Assembly (NCBI GenBank): GCA_965219085.1
Contig: OZ244720.1
Coordinates: forward strand, 992,001-1,056,000
Origin: Dehalococcoidia bacterium
GTDB taxonomy: Bacteria > Chloroflexota > Dehalococcoidia > UBA2979
DNA: 64,000 nucleotides
Direction: 5' to 3'
Part shown: piece after piece, positions 37,820 to 47,948 of the stretch
Numbering within the stretch: the stretch's first letter is position 1
How the letters are laid out: every line of letters begins with the position of its first letter
Notes under the pieces: model-generated
What the model saw: the letters and a program-made list of their open reading frames with translations, nothing else
Databases searched by the model: none
Told to the model about the DNA's origin: nothing
Translations under genes and position numbers: made by a program

Positions 37820-38935
37820 TCAGGGCGCGAGTGCCGCGGCCGCGCGGGCCTCCTCTCCGTTATCCCCACCCGCGGCCGCGACCTCTGGGAGGTCCAGCAT
37901 GAGGACCTCGATCGCGAGCTGCGGGTTGGTGTTCTCGATCAGTCGTTGGCGCGTCCGCTGCGTCGCGCGCAGCGCCTCGACGGCAGCGGCCACCGGCACC
38001 GCCGGCAATGGTGCCACCGCGTCGGGCTCCTCGGCATCGACGCCTGCAGCGCGCGCCAGCGCGTCGTGCCAGCGCCAGCGCCACACGTCGAGCGTGCCGA
38101 GCACGCTTGCGCGCTCACGCCGCCACCGCCCAGCGAGGCGCGCGGCGTAGTCGAAGCGCTCGTTGCGCCCGGCGGCGACGAGCCGCGCGAGGTCCTCGGC
38201 GGCCGTGTGCCGCAGCTGGATCAGCGAGGGGTCCTCGTGCAGCCGCACCGCGAGCCCGTAGCGCCCGCGCGCGAGCGCGGCGAGGCGCGCGGCCTCCGCT
38301 TCGTCCACGCCGAGGCTGTCCGTCAGCGCAGTCGCACAGTCGGCGTGCGGCATCGGCCGCAGCTCGATCTCGCGGCAGCGCGAGCGGATCGTCGGCAGCA
38401 GTTCGTCGGGGTCGGTCGCCAGCAGGATCAGCAGCGACGACGCGGGCGGCTCCTCGATGGTCTTGAGCAGCGCGTGCCCGGCCTCGGTCTGCAGGTCGTC
38501 GGCGGTGTCGAGGACGAAGACGCGGCGCGGTGCGCGGTGCGGCGGGGCGTGGAACGGCGCGAGGCTCGACAGCCGCGTGAGCCGCCGGGCCTGGCAGATG
38601 CGGATGCGCGTCGAGTTGTCGGCGGCGTGGTCGCGGTGACTCTCCTCGTCGCACGGGCCGCCGATCGCGACCACCTCGAAGTCCGGCGCACCGCCGTCCT
38701 CGACGCGGCGGCAGGCCGCGCAGGTGAGACAGGGATCGACGCCGTCCGCTGGCACCTCGCAGTGGATCGCCTGCGCGAGGCGCCGCGCGAGCGTGGCCTT
38801 GCCGACGCCCTCGGGGCCGGTCAGCAGGTAGGCGTGCGCGAGGCGGTCGGCAGCGAGGTCCGTGCGCAGCTGCGCGGTGGCCAGCGGCTGGCCGTGCATG
38901 CCCCACGCGGCCGCCATGGCGGTCCCGGCCGTCAT
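37820..38935 (-). CDS. holB: DNA polymerase III delta-prime subunit
   Basis: HAYLLTGPEGVGK, PCLTCAAC, ALLKTIEEPP, LLPTIRSRC. Confidence 0.93.
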   Translation of the reverse strand: MTAGTAMAAAWGMHGQPLATAQLRTDLAADRLAHAYLLTGPEGVGKATLARRLAQAIHCEVPADGVDPCLTCAACRRVEDGGAPDFEVVAIGGPCDEESHRDHAADNSTRIRICQARRLTRLSSLAPFHAPPHRAPRRVFVLDTADDLQTEAGHALLKTIEEPPASSLLILLATDPDELLPTIRSRCREIELRPMPHADCATALTDSLGVDEAEAARLAALARGRYGLAVRLHEDPSLIQLRHTAAEDLARLVAAGRNERFDYAARLAGRWRRERASVLGTLDVWRWRWHDALARAAGVDAEEPDAVAPLPAVPVAAAVEALRATQRTRQRLIENTNPQLAIEVLMLDLPEVAAAGGDNGEEARAAAALAP

Positions 38936-40275
38936 GCGTCGAGGTCCACGTCGAGCGCCATCAGGTCCTCGGGCGTCTCGCGGCGGCGCAGGGTGCGCAC
39001 ACGACCGTCGTCGAGGAGCAGGCAGGCGGGCTTCATCGCGAGGTTGTAGTTGGACGCCATCGAGAGGTGGTACGCGCCGGCAGCCGGCATCGCGACGATC
39101 TCGCCGGCGCGGAGGCGCGGCACCTCGGCGTCGCGCGCGAGCACGTCGCCGGACTCGCAGTACTTGCCGGCGACGGTGACCGTCTCCTCGGCGGCGTCGA
39201 GCGGGCGCTCGACGGCGACGACCTCATACGGCGAGTCGTACATCGCGGGGCGCACGTTGTCGGCCATGCCGCCGTCGACCGAGACGTAGGTGCGGATGCC
39301 CGGCACCTCCTTGCGCGCGCCGACGGTGTAGAGCGCGATGCCCGCGCGCGCGACGAGTGAGCGGCCGGGCTCGATCGTGAGCCGCGGCAGCGGCAGCCCG
39401 CGCGCGTCGGCCTCGCGTCGGAGCGCGCCTGCGATGGCGCCGGCGTAGGCAGCGGGCTCGGGCGGTTCCTGCTCGCCGCGGTAGGCGACGGCGAAGCCGC
39501 CGCCGATCGAGAGCTCGGGCACGTCGAGGCCGAGCCGGTCGCGCACGACGTCGGCCCAGAACTCGGCGACCACCTCGATCGCCAGCACGTAGGGGTCGAG
39601 GCGGAAGATCGGGCTGCCGAGGTGGACGTGGAGGCCGCGGAAGTCGATGTGTTCGGACTCGGCCACCGCCTGCAGGGCGCGCTCCGCCGCGCCCGTCGCG
39701 ATCGGGATCCCGAACTTCGTGTCGAGGATGCCGGTCGTGGTCTTCTCGTGGGTGTACGCGTCGACGCCCGGCGAGAGCCGCACGAGCACCGGCTGGGTCA
39801 CGCCCGCCTCGGCGGCGGCGGCCTCGAGCATCGCGATCTCGTCGATGTTGTCGATCACGACGTGGCCAACGCCGGCCTCGACGGCGAGGCGCAGCTCGTC
39901 CAGCCCCTTGTTGTTGCCGTGGAAAGAGACGGTCGACATGTCCACGCCGGCCGCGCGCAGGACGGCGATCTCGCCGCCGGAGACCGCGTCGAAGCCGTAG
40001 CCCTCGGCGGCGATGAGCTGCGCGAAGGGGCGGTTCAGGAACGCCTTGGCCGCGTACACCGCGTCCGTCTCCGGATACTCGGCGCGGAACGCGTCGAGGA
40101 AGCCTCGGCACTGCGCGCGCAGCGTCGCGTGGTCGTACGCGTAGAGGGGAGTGCCGTGCTCGCGGGCGAGCGCGGCGAGGTCGCACCCGCCGACGGCGAG
40201 CGTGCCCTCGTCGGTGAGGGTGGCGCTGACGGGGAGCACGTGGGCGAGCGGCAGTGCCGCCTGCGTCAAAGTCAC
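38932..40275 (-). CDS. lysA: Diaminopimelate decarboxylase
   Basis: TPLYAYD, YAAKAF, FHGNNK, HVHLGS, IEPGRS, DGGMADN, GKYCESGD, MASNYN; start uncertain. Confidence 0.96.
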   Translation of the reverse strand: MTLTQAALPLAHVLPVSATLTDEGTLAVGGCDLAALAREHGTPLYAYDHATLRAQCRGFLDAFRAEYPETDAVYAAKAFLNRPFAQLIAAEGYGFDAVSGGEIAVLRAAGVDMSTVSFHGNNKGLDELRLAVEAGVGHVVIDNIDEIAMLEAAAAEAGVTQPVLVRLSPGVDAYTHEKTTTGILDTKFGIPIATGAAERALQAVAESEHIDFRGLHVHLGSPIFRLDPYVLAIEVVAEFWADVVRDRLGLDVPELSIGGGFAVAYRGEQEPPEPAAYAGAIAGALRREADARGLPLPRLTIEPGRSLVARAGIALYTVGARKEVPGIRTYVSVDGGMADNVRPAMYDSPYEVVAVERPLDAAEETVTVAGKYCESGDVLARDAEVPRLRAGEIVAMPAAGAYHLSMASNYNLAMKPACLLLDDGRVRTLRRRETPEDLMALDVDLDA

Positions 40276-40452
40276 CAGGGTTCCGCATTCCTGCGGTGTC
40301 CGTCTTGCGCACTCTCGCGCAGCGCCGGGGAGCCGGGCGCGCGGCGCGCTGACAGTCACACATCGAGCGTTCGTGATGATTATTGCACGCGGCGCGGCCC
40401 GGCGGCGAAGGACGGGCGTGGAGGTGACGCGGGAGCGGCGCGGGGTGGCTCC

Positions 40453-41433
40453 TCAGTAGTCCCCCCGCTCGAGGATCGTGCTCACCGCCTGCGGGCCTCG
40501 GTCGCGAAGCGCCGTGAGGAACTCCGGCAGAGGCGTCAGGTCCTCAGACAGCGAGAAGTGCATATCAAGTTCGGCGCCGCCGAAGGCTCGCGCGAAGTTG
40601 CGGACCCGTAGGGCGAAGACGCGATCGAAGAGCTTCTCGCGGAGCAACCTGTCCGCGCGCCTGGCGGAGAGCATGTACCAGTCCGCCTTGCGGATTTCGT
40701 CGATCGTGCTCGTGACTACAGCCGCATTCGATCGGACTAGATACTCGACCGCGGCGTCCTCGATCGCCCGGATCGAAGGCTTCCGCGGCACGCGCCCAAG
40801 AAACGATACGGCCTCGGTAACGTCCCGAGGAATGTGGTCCCCGACGGCGGCCGCGGTAAGGTCCGCGACGCCTACGATGGCGAAGAAGTACGGCAGGTGC
40901 TCCTCGTCCTGCTTCTTCATAGCACTGTCGATTTTGTAGGTTGCCAGCGCGAAGCAGTCCTCCGGCTTGAGACCGACGAGCTCGGCCGCTCGCCGGAACC
41001 GTGCACCATGGAACTTGATGTTGATCCGATAAACGGGACGACCCTGACCGTTGTACATTCGGTAGTCCGTATCTGTCCGCCCCTCGCGGAGGTCCACCAA
41101 GTCGAACTCAGTGTCGGGCATCTCGCGCCGATATAGCTCTTCGAAGACCAGCTCAGCAGCGCGCCCGAGTACGAGATTGCCGAGGATGGGCGCGCGGTCG
41201 TTCACGACGACTGAACTAGGCGGCAGTGACTCGCCGAGGATGTCGGCGAAGGGATCTGCTGCATCGCGAGCGCGGCGAAGGCGTGCCGCAGTAGTCCCCA
41301 CCTCCCGCGCGGCGGCGTCCAGTTCCTCTCCCGCACGGATCAACTCGAGGCCCTGGAGCACGTGGAGGGGCTTCGGCCAAGCTCCAGAGCCGACGATCCG
41401 TCCCACGGTTCGCATGAAGTCTGCTGACCTCAT
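40453..41433 (-). CDS. Putative restriction endonuclease (PD-(D/E)xK-like) with N-terminal HTH-like segment
   Basis: GRAAE...TDTDY...INIK catalytic-like pattern; translationally coupled (ATGA) to a DNA methyltransferase. Confidence 0.6.
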   Translation of the reverse strand: MRSADFMRTVGRIVGSGAWPKPLHVLQGLELIRAGEELDAAAREVGTTAARLRRARDAADPFADILGESLPPSSVVVNDRAPILGNLVLGRAAELVFEELYRREMPDTEFDLVDLREGRTDTDYRMYNGQGRPVYRINIKFHGARFRRAAELVGLKPEDCFALATYKIDSAMKKQDEEHLPYFFAIVGVADLTAAAVGDHIPRDVTEAVSFLGRVPRKPSIRAIEDAAVEYLVRSNAAVVTSTIDEIRKADWYMLSARRADRLLREKLFDRVFALRVRNFARAFGGAELDMHFSLSEDLTPLPEFLTALRDRGPQAVSTILERGDY

Positions 41434-42380
41434 TCTTCGAAGAGATCGATTCCAAAGCGGAGCGCTGACGCGCGGACGTAGTCATTGACCAGTTCGAAGG
41501 CTAGCCACCTTCGATCGAACGACTCAGCAGCGTGTCCTGTGGTGTTGCTCCCCGCGAACGGGTCGAGGACCAGGTCGTCAGTCCGCGTCAGAAGCTTCAC
41601 GAAGAACTCCGGGATCACTGCGGGGAACCTCGCTGGGTGCTGTATGCCGTGCTCCTTCGATGCGCGCATGAACTCGGAGTTGCTGTCGTTGTTGCCTCTA
41701 GCGATGAGGTTGGACGGAATCGCGCCTTTGTTCCGCCGACCGAACTTGGGCGTGATGTTGTGCCCACTCGGCCGCTGTGTTGGCTCGAACCCACGCTCAA
41801 TGATGCGCTCCATGTCCTTGCTGTAAGGAACAAGCACTTCACGGTTGTCAGCAGCGGGCCATGCGCTGGGCGAGAGCCACCATAGGTATTCGACGGAGTC
41901 CTTCACGCGGATGCGTCGCACATTGACCCACTCCGCGGGTGCTGGAAGCTTCGCGGGGTTGTACCAGAACAGCTCCTGCGCGAGCTTGAAGCCGACAGAG
42001 TCGCACAGCTCGATGAGTAGCCGCAGGTGGTACAGAGAGCGCGTCGGCTCTCCCGCGTTATAGCTGCCGCCGATATTCAGGACCAGACTACCGTCCTCGG
42101 CGAGGACCCTGTACATCTCCCGGCCGAAGGGCAAGAACCAGTCGACGTAGTCGTGTTTCGCGACGTTGCCGTATTCCTTTTGGAAGTGCAGCGCATACGG
42201 CGGGGAGGTCACGATGAGCTGGACCGAGCCTGCCGGGAGCCCCTTCATGAGCTCCAGTGAGTCGCCCGAGAACGCAGCGCCAAATTCGGTTTCGTACATG
42301 GGCTGGGCGTCACCCACAAGCATACTCGGGTGAGGCAGAGTCTCTCCTGCGCTCGCCAGTCGCCCTTGCCGGATGGCCAC
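41430..42380 (-). CDS. Site-specific DNA methyltransferase, beta class (N4-C likely, M.PvuII-like)
   Basis: VTSPPY before HPARFP and VLDPFAGSNTTG; KEYGN motif. Confidence 0.93.
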   Translation of the reverse strand: MAIRQGRLASAGETLPHPSMLVGDAQPMYETEFGAAFSGDSLELMKGLPAGSVQLIVTSPPYALHFQKEYGNVAKHDYVDWFLPFGREMYRVLAEDGSLVLNIGGSYNAGEPTRSLYHLRLLIELCDSVGFKLAQELFWYNPAKLPAPAEWVNVRRIRVKDSVEYLWWLSPSAWPAADNREVLVPYSKDMERIIERGFEPTQRPSGHNITPKFGRRNKGAIPSNLIARGNNDSNSEFMRASKEHGIQHPARFPAVIPEFFVKLLTRTDDLVLDPFAGSNTTGHAAESFDRRWLAFELVNDYVRASALRFGIDLFEE

Positions 42381-42724
42381 GGCGGAACCTCTCAGGGGGG
42401 AGCAGACCGAGCCCCACTGTAGGGGACCAGCCTCGCCGCCACTATACCGTCGAGTTTGGTCGCGATCGCCAGTCGGGCAGCGGGTCGAGGTGGCTCACGG
42501 ACCGCCAGAGCGCCAACTCGCCGCCAGACGCCTCGAACTGGTCCCCTGGTTCGACGGTGAGCGTCTGATCATCCATGACTGCAACCTGGCTCCGCGACCG
42601 CCATGCGACGCAATGGCCATTGTGCCAGAGTGTGCTCGTAGTAGCACGTCTGTTCACCTCAGGCGCTAAACTCTCGCCGTCCACACGCCAAGACGCTCAC
42701 GCACGTGAGCAGTATGGTGGCCCC

Positions 42725-43681
42725 ATGACCGACCTCGAACCGACGCTCGGCGCGACTCTGGGCCCCAGGGGACTCGCCGAGGTCCGCTCGCTGCTCCTCG
42801 ACTGGTACGACCGTGAGTCGGAGAGCTTCCCGTGGCGCGAAGCCCGCAACCCGTACTGGGCGCTCGTCGCCGGCGTGTGCTCGCAGCAGACGCAGATGTC
42901 GCGCGCGCGGCCGCTCTGGGAGCGCTGGGTCCAGGCCTTCCCGACCGTCGAGGCTGTCGCGGCGGCGTCACCCGCCCGGGTCCTGCGCGTGTGGGGCAAC
43001 AGCGGCTACCCGCGTCGCGCCGTACACCTGCACGAGGCGTGCCGGCGCTGCGTGACGGTCCACGGCGGGCAGGTGCCGCGCGACGAGGAGGCGCTGCTCG
43101 CGCTGCCCGGCGTCGGGCCGTTCACCGCCGCGATCGTGCGCTGCTTCGGGTACGGCGAGGACACCACGGCCATCGACACGAACGTCGTGCGGCTGCTCGG
43201 GCGGCTCGTGCACGGCGACCTGCAGCCGGCGAGAGAGACGCCGCCGGCCGAGATCGCCGAGACGGCGCGGTGGCTCACCCCGTCGGGCTTCGCGAGCCAC
43301 TGGAACCCCGCGCTCATGGACTACGGGGGCCATGTCTGCACGCCTCGCCCGCGCTGTGAGGCGTGCGTCGTCGCGCGCTTCTGCGCCGCGCGCCCCCGCT
43401 TCGAGCGCGGCGAGGAGGCAGAGCCCGTACGCGCGCAGGCGCCGTTCGAGGGCTCCGACCGCCAGCTGCGCGGCCGCATCATGGCCGTGCTGCGCGAGTC
43501 GGGCGGCCCCGTCCGGACCGCGCTGCTCGCGCGCGACCTCGCGACGGACGCCGAGGGTCGCTCACGCGTACGGCAGCTCCTCGCCGCGCTCTGCGACGAG
43601 GGCCTGGCGTGGCAGCGCGAGGGCTCCTGCGGGCTCGACACACGCACCCGCGAACCCCTCGCGAGCGAGCAGCCCGCGTAG
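42725..43681 (+). CDS. mutY: MutY-like HhH-GPD DNA glycosylase (atypical active site)
   Basis: FPWR, SQQT, FPTVEAVA, LPGVGPFTA, IDTNV, ALMDYG..C..C..C..C Fe-S motif. Confidence 0.78.
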   Translation: MTDLEPTLGATLGPRGLAEVRSLLLDWYDRESESFPWREARNPYWALVAGVCSQQTQMSRARPLWERWVQAFPTVEAVAAASPARVLRVWGNSGYPRRAVHLHEACRRCVTVHGGQVPRDEEALLALPGVGPFTAAIVRCFGYGEDTTAIDTNVVRLLGRLVHGDLQPARETPPAEIAETARWLTPSGFASHWNPALMDYGGHVCTPRPRCEACVVARFCAARPRFERGEEAEPVRAQAPFEGSDRQLRGRIMAVLRESGGPVRTALLARDLATDAEGRSRVRQLLAALCDEGLAWQREGSCGLDTRTREPLASEQPA

Positions 43682-43751
43682 CGCGGCCCCGTTCGACGGG
43701 CCGCGTTTGATAGGCTGCACGGGCACGCCACGAACCGAAGGGGGAGCCCGC

Positions 43752-44399
43752 ATGCCCGAGGTGTACGCCGACGACCAGGTGACCGTGGAGATGCTGACCG
43801 ATGTCGGGCCGTACGGGAACAACTCGTACATCGTGCGGCCGCGCGACGAGAACGCCCCGGCGACGGTGATCGACATCCCGACAGGCTTCGAGGTGGTCGC
43901 CGAGGCGCTCGGCGGCCGCGCGGCGGAGCGCGTGGTCGTGACGCACTCGCACATGGACCACGTCGGCGGCTGGGACGTGATGCAGGCAACGATCGACGTC
44001 CCCGTGCTGTTCGGCGCGGAGGAGACGGACATCGATGAGGCCCGCACCTTCGACCGCCTCGATGATGGCGCCGAGATCGCCATCGGCGGCGCGACGATGC
44101 AAGTGATCCACACGCCCGGCCACACGCCCGGCTCGATCTGCCTGCTGCTGGGAGGCGTGCTGTTCAGCGGCGACACGCTGTTCCCCGGCGGCCCCGGCGC
44201 GTCGCGCAACAACGAGGTGCTGCAGGAGGAGATCGCCTCGATCACCTCGCGCCTCTACTCGCTGCCGCCGGAGACGATGGTGCTGCCGGGTCACGGCCCC
44301 GGCACGACCATCGGCGAGTCGATCGCGGAGTACGAGGTGTTCGCGGGCAAGGAGCACGACCCGGACCTGCACGGCGACGTGCTCTGGCTGGAGTCGTAG
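43752..44399 (+). CDS. Metallo-beta-lactamase fold hydrolase (glyoxalase II-like)
   Basis: THSHMDH, HTPGHTPG, SGDTLF, PGHG. Confidence 0.92.
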   Translation: MPEVYADDQVTVEMLTDVGPYGNNSYIVRPRDENAPATVIDIPTGFEVVAEALGGRAAERVVVTHSHMDHVGGWDVMQATIDVPVLFGAEETDIDEARTFDRLDDGAEIAIGGATMQVIHTPGHTPGSICLLLGGVLFSGDTLFPGGPGASRNNEVLQEEIASITSRLYSLPPETMVLPGHGPGTTIGESIAEYEVFAGKEHDPDLHGDVLWLES

Positions 44400-44490
44400 T
44401 CATCGAGGCCACGCGCATTGACCGTCGGGGGCGTGCTGCTACCATCGCGGCTCCGCTGGATCCCCCGTGCTCGATGATCGGCAGCAATAA

Positions 44491-45804
44491 GTGGCTGAAC
44501 GTGCCTCGGTGAGTGTCGGCGACGACGAGCCGGTACCGGAGATCGTGACCCTCGACAGCGGGCTGCGCGTCCTCGCTTGCCCGATGCCGCACGCGCGGTC
44601 GGTCGCGATCTCGATCTACTTCAACGCCGGAGCGCGCTACGAGGCCACCGACGCCGACGCCGGCCTCTCGCACTTCCTCGAGCACCTCTGCTTCAAGGGC
44701 ACGCCGCGGCGGCCCACGCCGCGCGACGTGGCGATCGAGATCGACGCGCTCGGCGGGCTCTTCAACGCCGCCACCGACCGCGAGTTGACCGTCTACTACG
44801 GCAAGGTCGCCGCCGCAGACACCGCGCAGGCGCTCGACCTGCTGGCTGACGCCGTGCAGCACTCGCTGCTGCGCGACGAGGAGATCGAGCGCGAGCGCCG
44901 CGTCATCCTCGAGGAGCTCGCCTCGGTCGAGGACGCGCCGGATGAGCAGGCCTCGCTCGCCCTCGACGGGCTGCTCTGGCCCGACCAGCCGATCGGGCGC
45001 GACGTGGCAGGCACCCCGGCGTCTGTCACCGGCATCGACCCCGACCGCCTGCGCGCCTACTACCGCGAGCAGTACGTGGCGAACACCGCGGTGGTCGCCG
45101 TCGCCGGCGCCATCGAGCCGTCGCACTTGCGCCAACTGGTGGAGTCCTCGGCCGACGGATGGACGCCGGGCACGCCTGCCGCGTGGGTACGCGCGCGGCG
45201 CGAGCCGCGCGGCGAGCGGGTGCGGCTGGTGACGAAGGAGACCGAGCAAGCCTACGTGAGCCTCGGCGTGCGCGGGCTCGACGCGCGCGACGACGATCGC
45301 TACGCGCTCGGCCTGCTGTCGGTCCTGCTGGGCGAGGGCATGTCGTCGCGGCTCTTCCTGCGTCTGCGTGAGGAGCTCGGGCTCTGCTACGACGTGCATA
45401 CCTCGACCTCCTTCCTGCAGGACGCGGGCGCGTTCACCGTGCACGCAGGGGTGGACCCCACCAACGCCGAGGCCACCGTCGGGGAGATCACGCGCGAGCT
45501 GACGCGCGCGCGCGCCTCCATCGATGCGGCCGAGCTGGCGCGCGCGAAGCAGCAGGTGCGGTCGCGCATCCAACTGCAGCTCGAGGAGTCGCGCTCGGTC
45601 TCGGCGTGGTACGGCACGCGCGCCGCGCTCGGCATGCCGCTGATCAGCCCCGACGAGGCGATCACCGCCTTCGGCGCCGTCACGCTCGACGACATCGGAC
45701 GCGTGGCGCAGCGCCTGATCGTCGAGGACGAACTGCACCTCGCGGTCGTCGGGCCGATCTCGGACGCCGGGCCGCTGGAGGCGCAGCTGCGCCTGCGCGA
45801 TTGA
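44491..45804 (+). CDS. M16 (pitrilysin) family zinc peptidase
   Basis: SHFLEHLCFKGT inverted Zn motif, NAAT, ERRVILEE, GMSSRLF. Confidence 0.94.
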   Translation: MAERASVSVGDDEPVPEIVTLDSGLRVLACPMPHARSVAISIYFNAGARYEATDADAGLSHFLEHLCFKGTPRRPTPRDVAIEIDALGGLFNAATDRELTVYYGKVAAADTAQALDLLADAVQHSLLRDEEIERERRVILEELASVEDAPDEQASLALDGLLWPDQPIGRDVAGTPASVTGIDPDRLRAYYREQYVANTAVVAVAGAIEPSHLRQLVESSADGWTPGTPAAWVRARREPRGERVRLVTKETEQAYVSLGVRGLDARDDDRYALGLLSVLLGEGMSSRLFLRLREELGLCYDVHTSTSFLQDAGAFTVHAGVDPTNAEATVGEITRELTRARASIDAAELARAKQQVRSRIQLQLEESRSVSAWYGTRAALGMPLISPDEAITAFGAVTLDDIGRVAQRLIVEDELHLAVVGPISDAGPLEAQLRLRD

Positions 45805-45811
45805 GGGCCTC

Positions 45812-46282
45812 GTGACCACCGGCGCCACGTCCGCCGGCGAGGCCACGGATCAGCGCGATCCGGAGCGCCTGGCCCTCGTCGTCCGGCTCGACGGCGCCAC
45901 CGACGCCGCGACCGCGCGGTTCGTGCTGGTGCGCGAGGGCGAAGACGGCCCACTCCAACTCCTCGACGTGGCGGCGTCCACCTCGGGGGCGCCCGTCGGG
46001 GAGGTGGTGGCGGACGTGCTGCGGACGCGACTCGGCATCGAGCCTGTTGGAGAGGCGCTGCCCTGCCCTGACCGTCGGCCTCGTCGTACGGCCCGGTGGC
46101 GCGAGGGGCACGTCGGAACCGGCTGGGTGCGCGCCGTCGCGGTCACCGTGGCCGATGGACTGGACCCCACGCCGCCGCTCACGGGCGCCGAGGCGCTACC
46201 CCTCGGCGAGGCTGAGGCCGCGCTCTCCACGTCGCTCGAGCGCGAACTGCTGCGCGACGGAGCCGCATTGCTGGGCGAGTGA
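45812..46282 (+). CDS. Hypothetical protein (possibly degenerate NUDIX fold)
   Basis: Fills the gap between peptidase and tsaD with typical codon usage; no intact NUDIX box. Confidence 0.55.
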   Translation: MTTGATSAGEATDQRDPERLALVVRLDGATDAATARFVLVREGEDGPLQLLDVAASTSGAPVGEVVADVLRTRLGIEPVGEALPCPDRRPRRTARWREGHVGTGWVRAVAVTVADGLDPTPPLTGAEALPLGEAEAALSTSLERELLRDGAALLGE

Positions 46283-46292
46283 GCGTCGCTCG

Positions 46293-47312
<1,020 letters not shown>

Positions 47313-47367
47313 GCGGCTAGGGTATCGCGCGGTCCCGAGACCGTATCGGGTGGAGGTGGCGCGAGCC

Positions 47368-47589
47368 TCACAGCAACTCGAAGTACCGTTCGACCGACAT
47401 CCCGGCAGTCCGAAGGTTGTTCCGCATGACTGGGACCTTCACCTGTCGGTGTCGTGGGATGACAAGCGGCCGGGCCACGCCGCTCTTCACCATCACGATG
47501 TGCGATCCGCTTGTGCGATCCACCTCGAACCCATCTTGTTCGAACACCCGCACCAGGGCTCGCCAGCTAACCGGCGACAGGCGTGGCAC
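47368..47589 (-). CDS. hicA: HicA family toxin
   Basis: GFEVDRTSGSHIVM...LVIPRH, 73 aa. Confidence 0.88.
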   Translation of the reverse strand: MPRLSPVSWRALVRVFEQDGFEVDRTSGSHIVMVKSGVARPLVIPRHRQVKVPVMRNNLRTAGMSVERYFELL

Positions 47590-47878
47590 CGGACACCATG
47601 GGCAGACGGACCGACACCGGCTCTGTGAACTCGGCGGTGAACTGGGGCTCGCCGGCGACGGCGAATCCCAACTCCTTGAGTGACCGGTCCAGCGTGCCGC
47701 GCTTGTAGCACGACTCAAGGAACAGATGGACCGCCTCGACGAGGTTCTCGCGGGCCTCGTCCAGGGTGTCGCCCTGGCTCATAACGTCGAACGAAGGGCT
47801 GTAAGCCACGTAGCCGCCGGTCTCCGCGTCGGCGGCCAACTCGGCATCGAACGTCACCGCGAACTCGATCACGCTCAT
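47567..47878 (-). CDS. hicB: HicB family antitoxin
   Basis: GGYVAYSP...SQGDTLDEARENLVEAVHLFLE. Confidence 0.88.
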   Translation of the reverse strand: MSVIEFAVTFDAELAADAETGGYVAYSPSFDVMSQGDTLDEARENLVEAVHLFLESCYKRGTLDRSLKELGFAVAGEPQFTAEFTEPVSVRLPMVSGATPVAG

Positions 47879-47948
47879 TGGCTGGCTCCCCTCCAGTCGA
47901 GTGTAGCCCATGCGCCGAACTGCTCCCGCCCATGCGGGAGGTGGCCGT

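Noticed and set aside
42442-42684. Controller (C) protein gene for the R-M pair
   Set aside because: 80-aa ORF shows no HTH pattern and has no convincing SD
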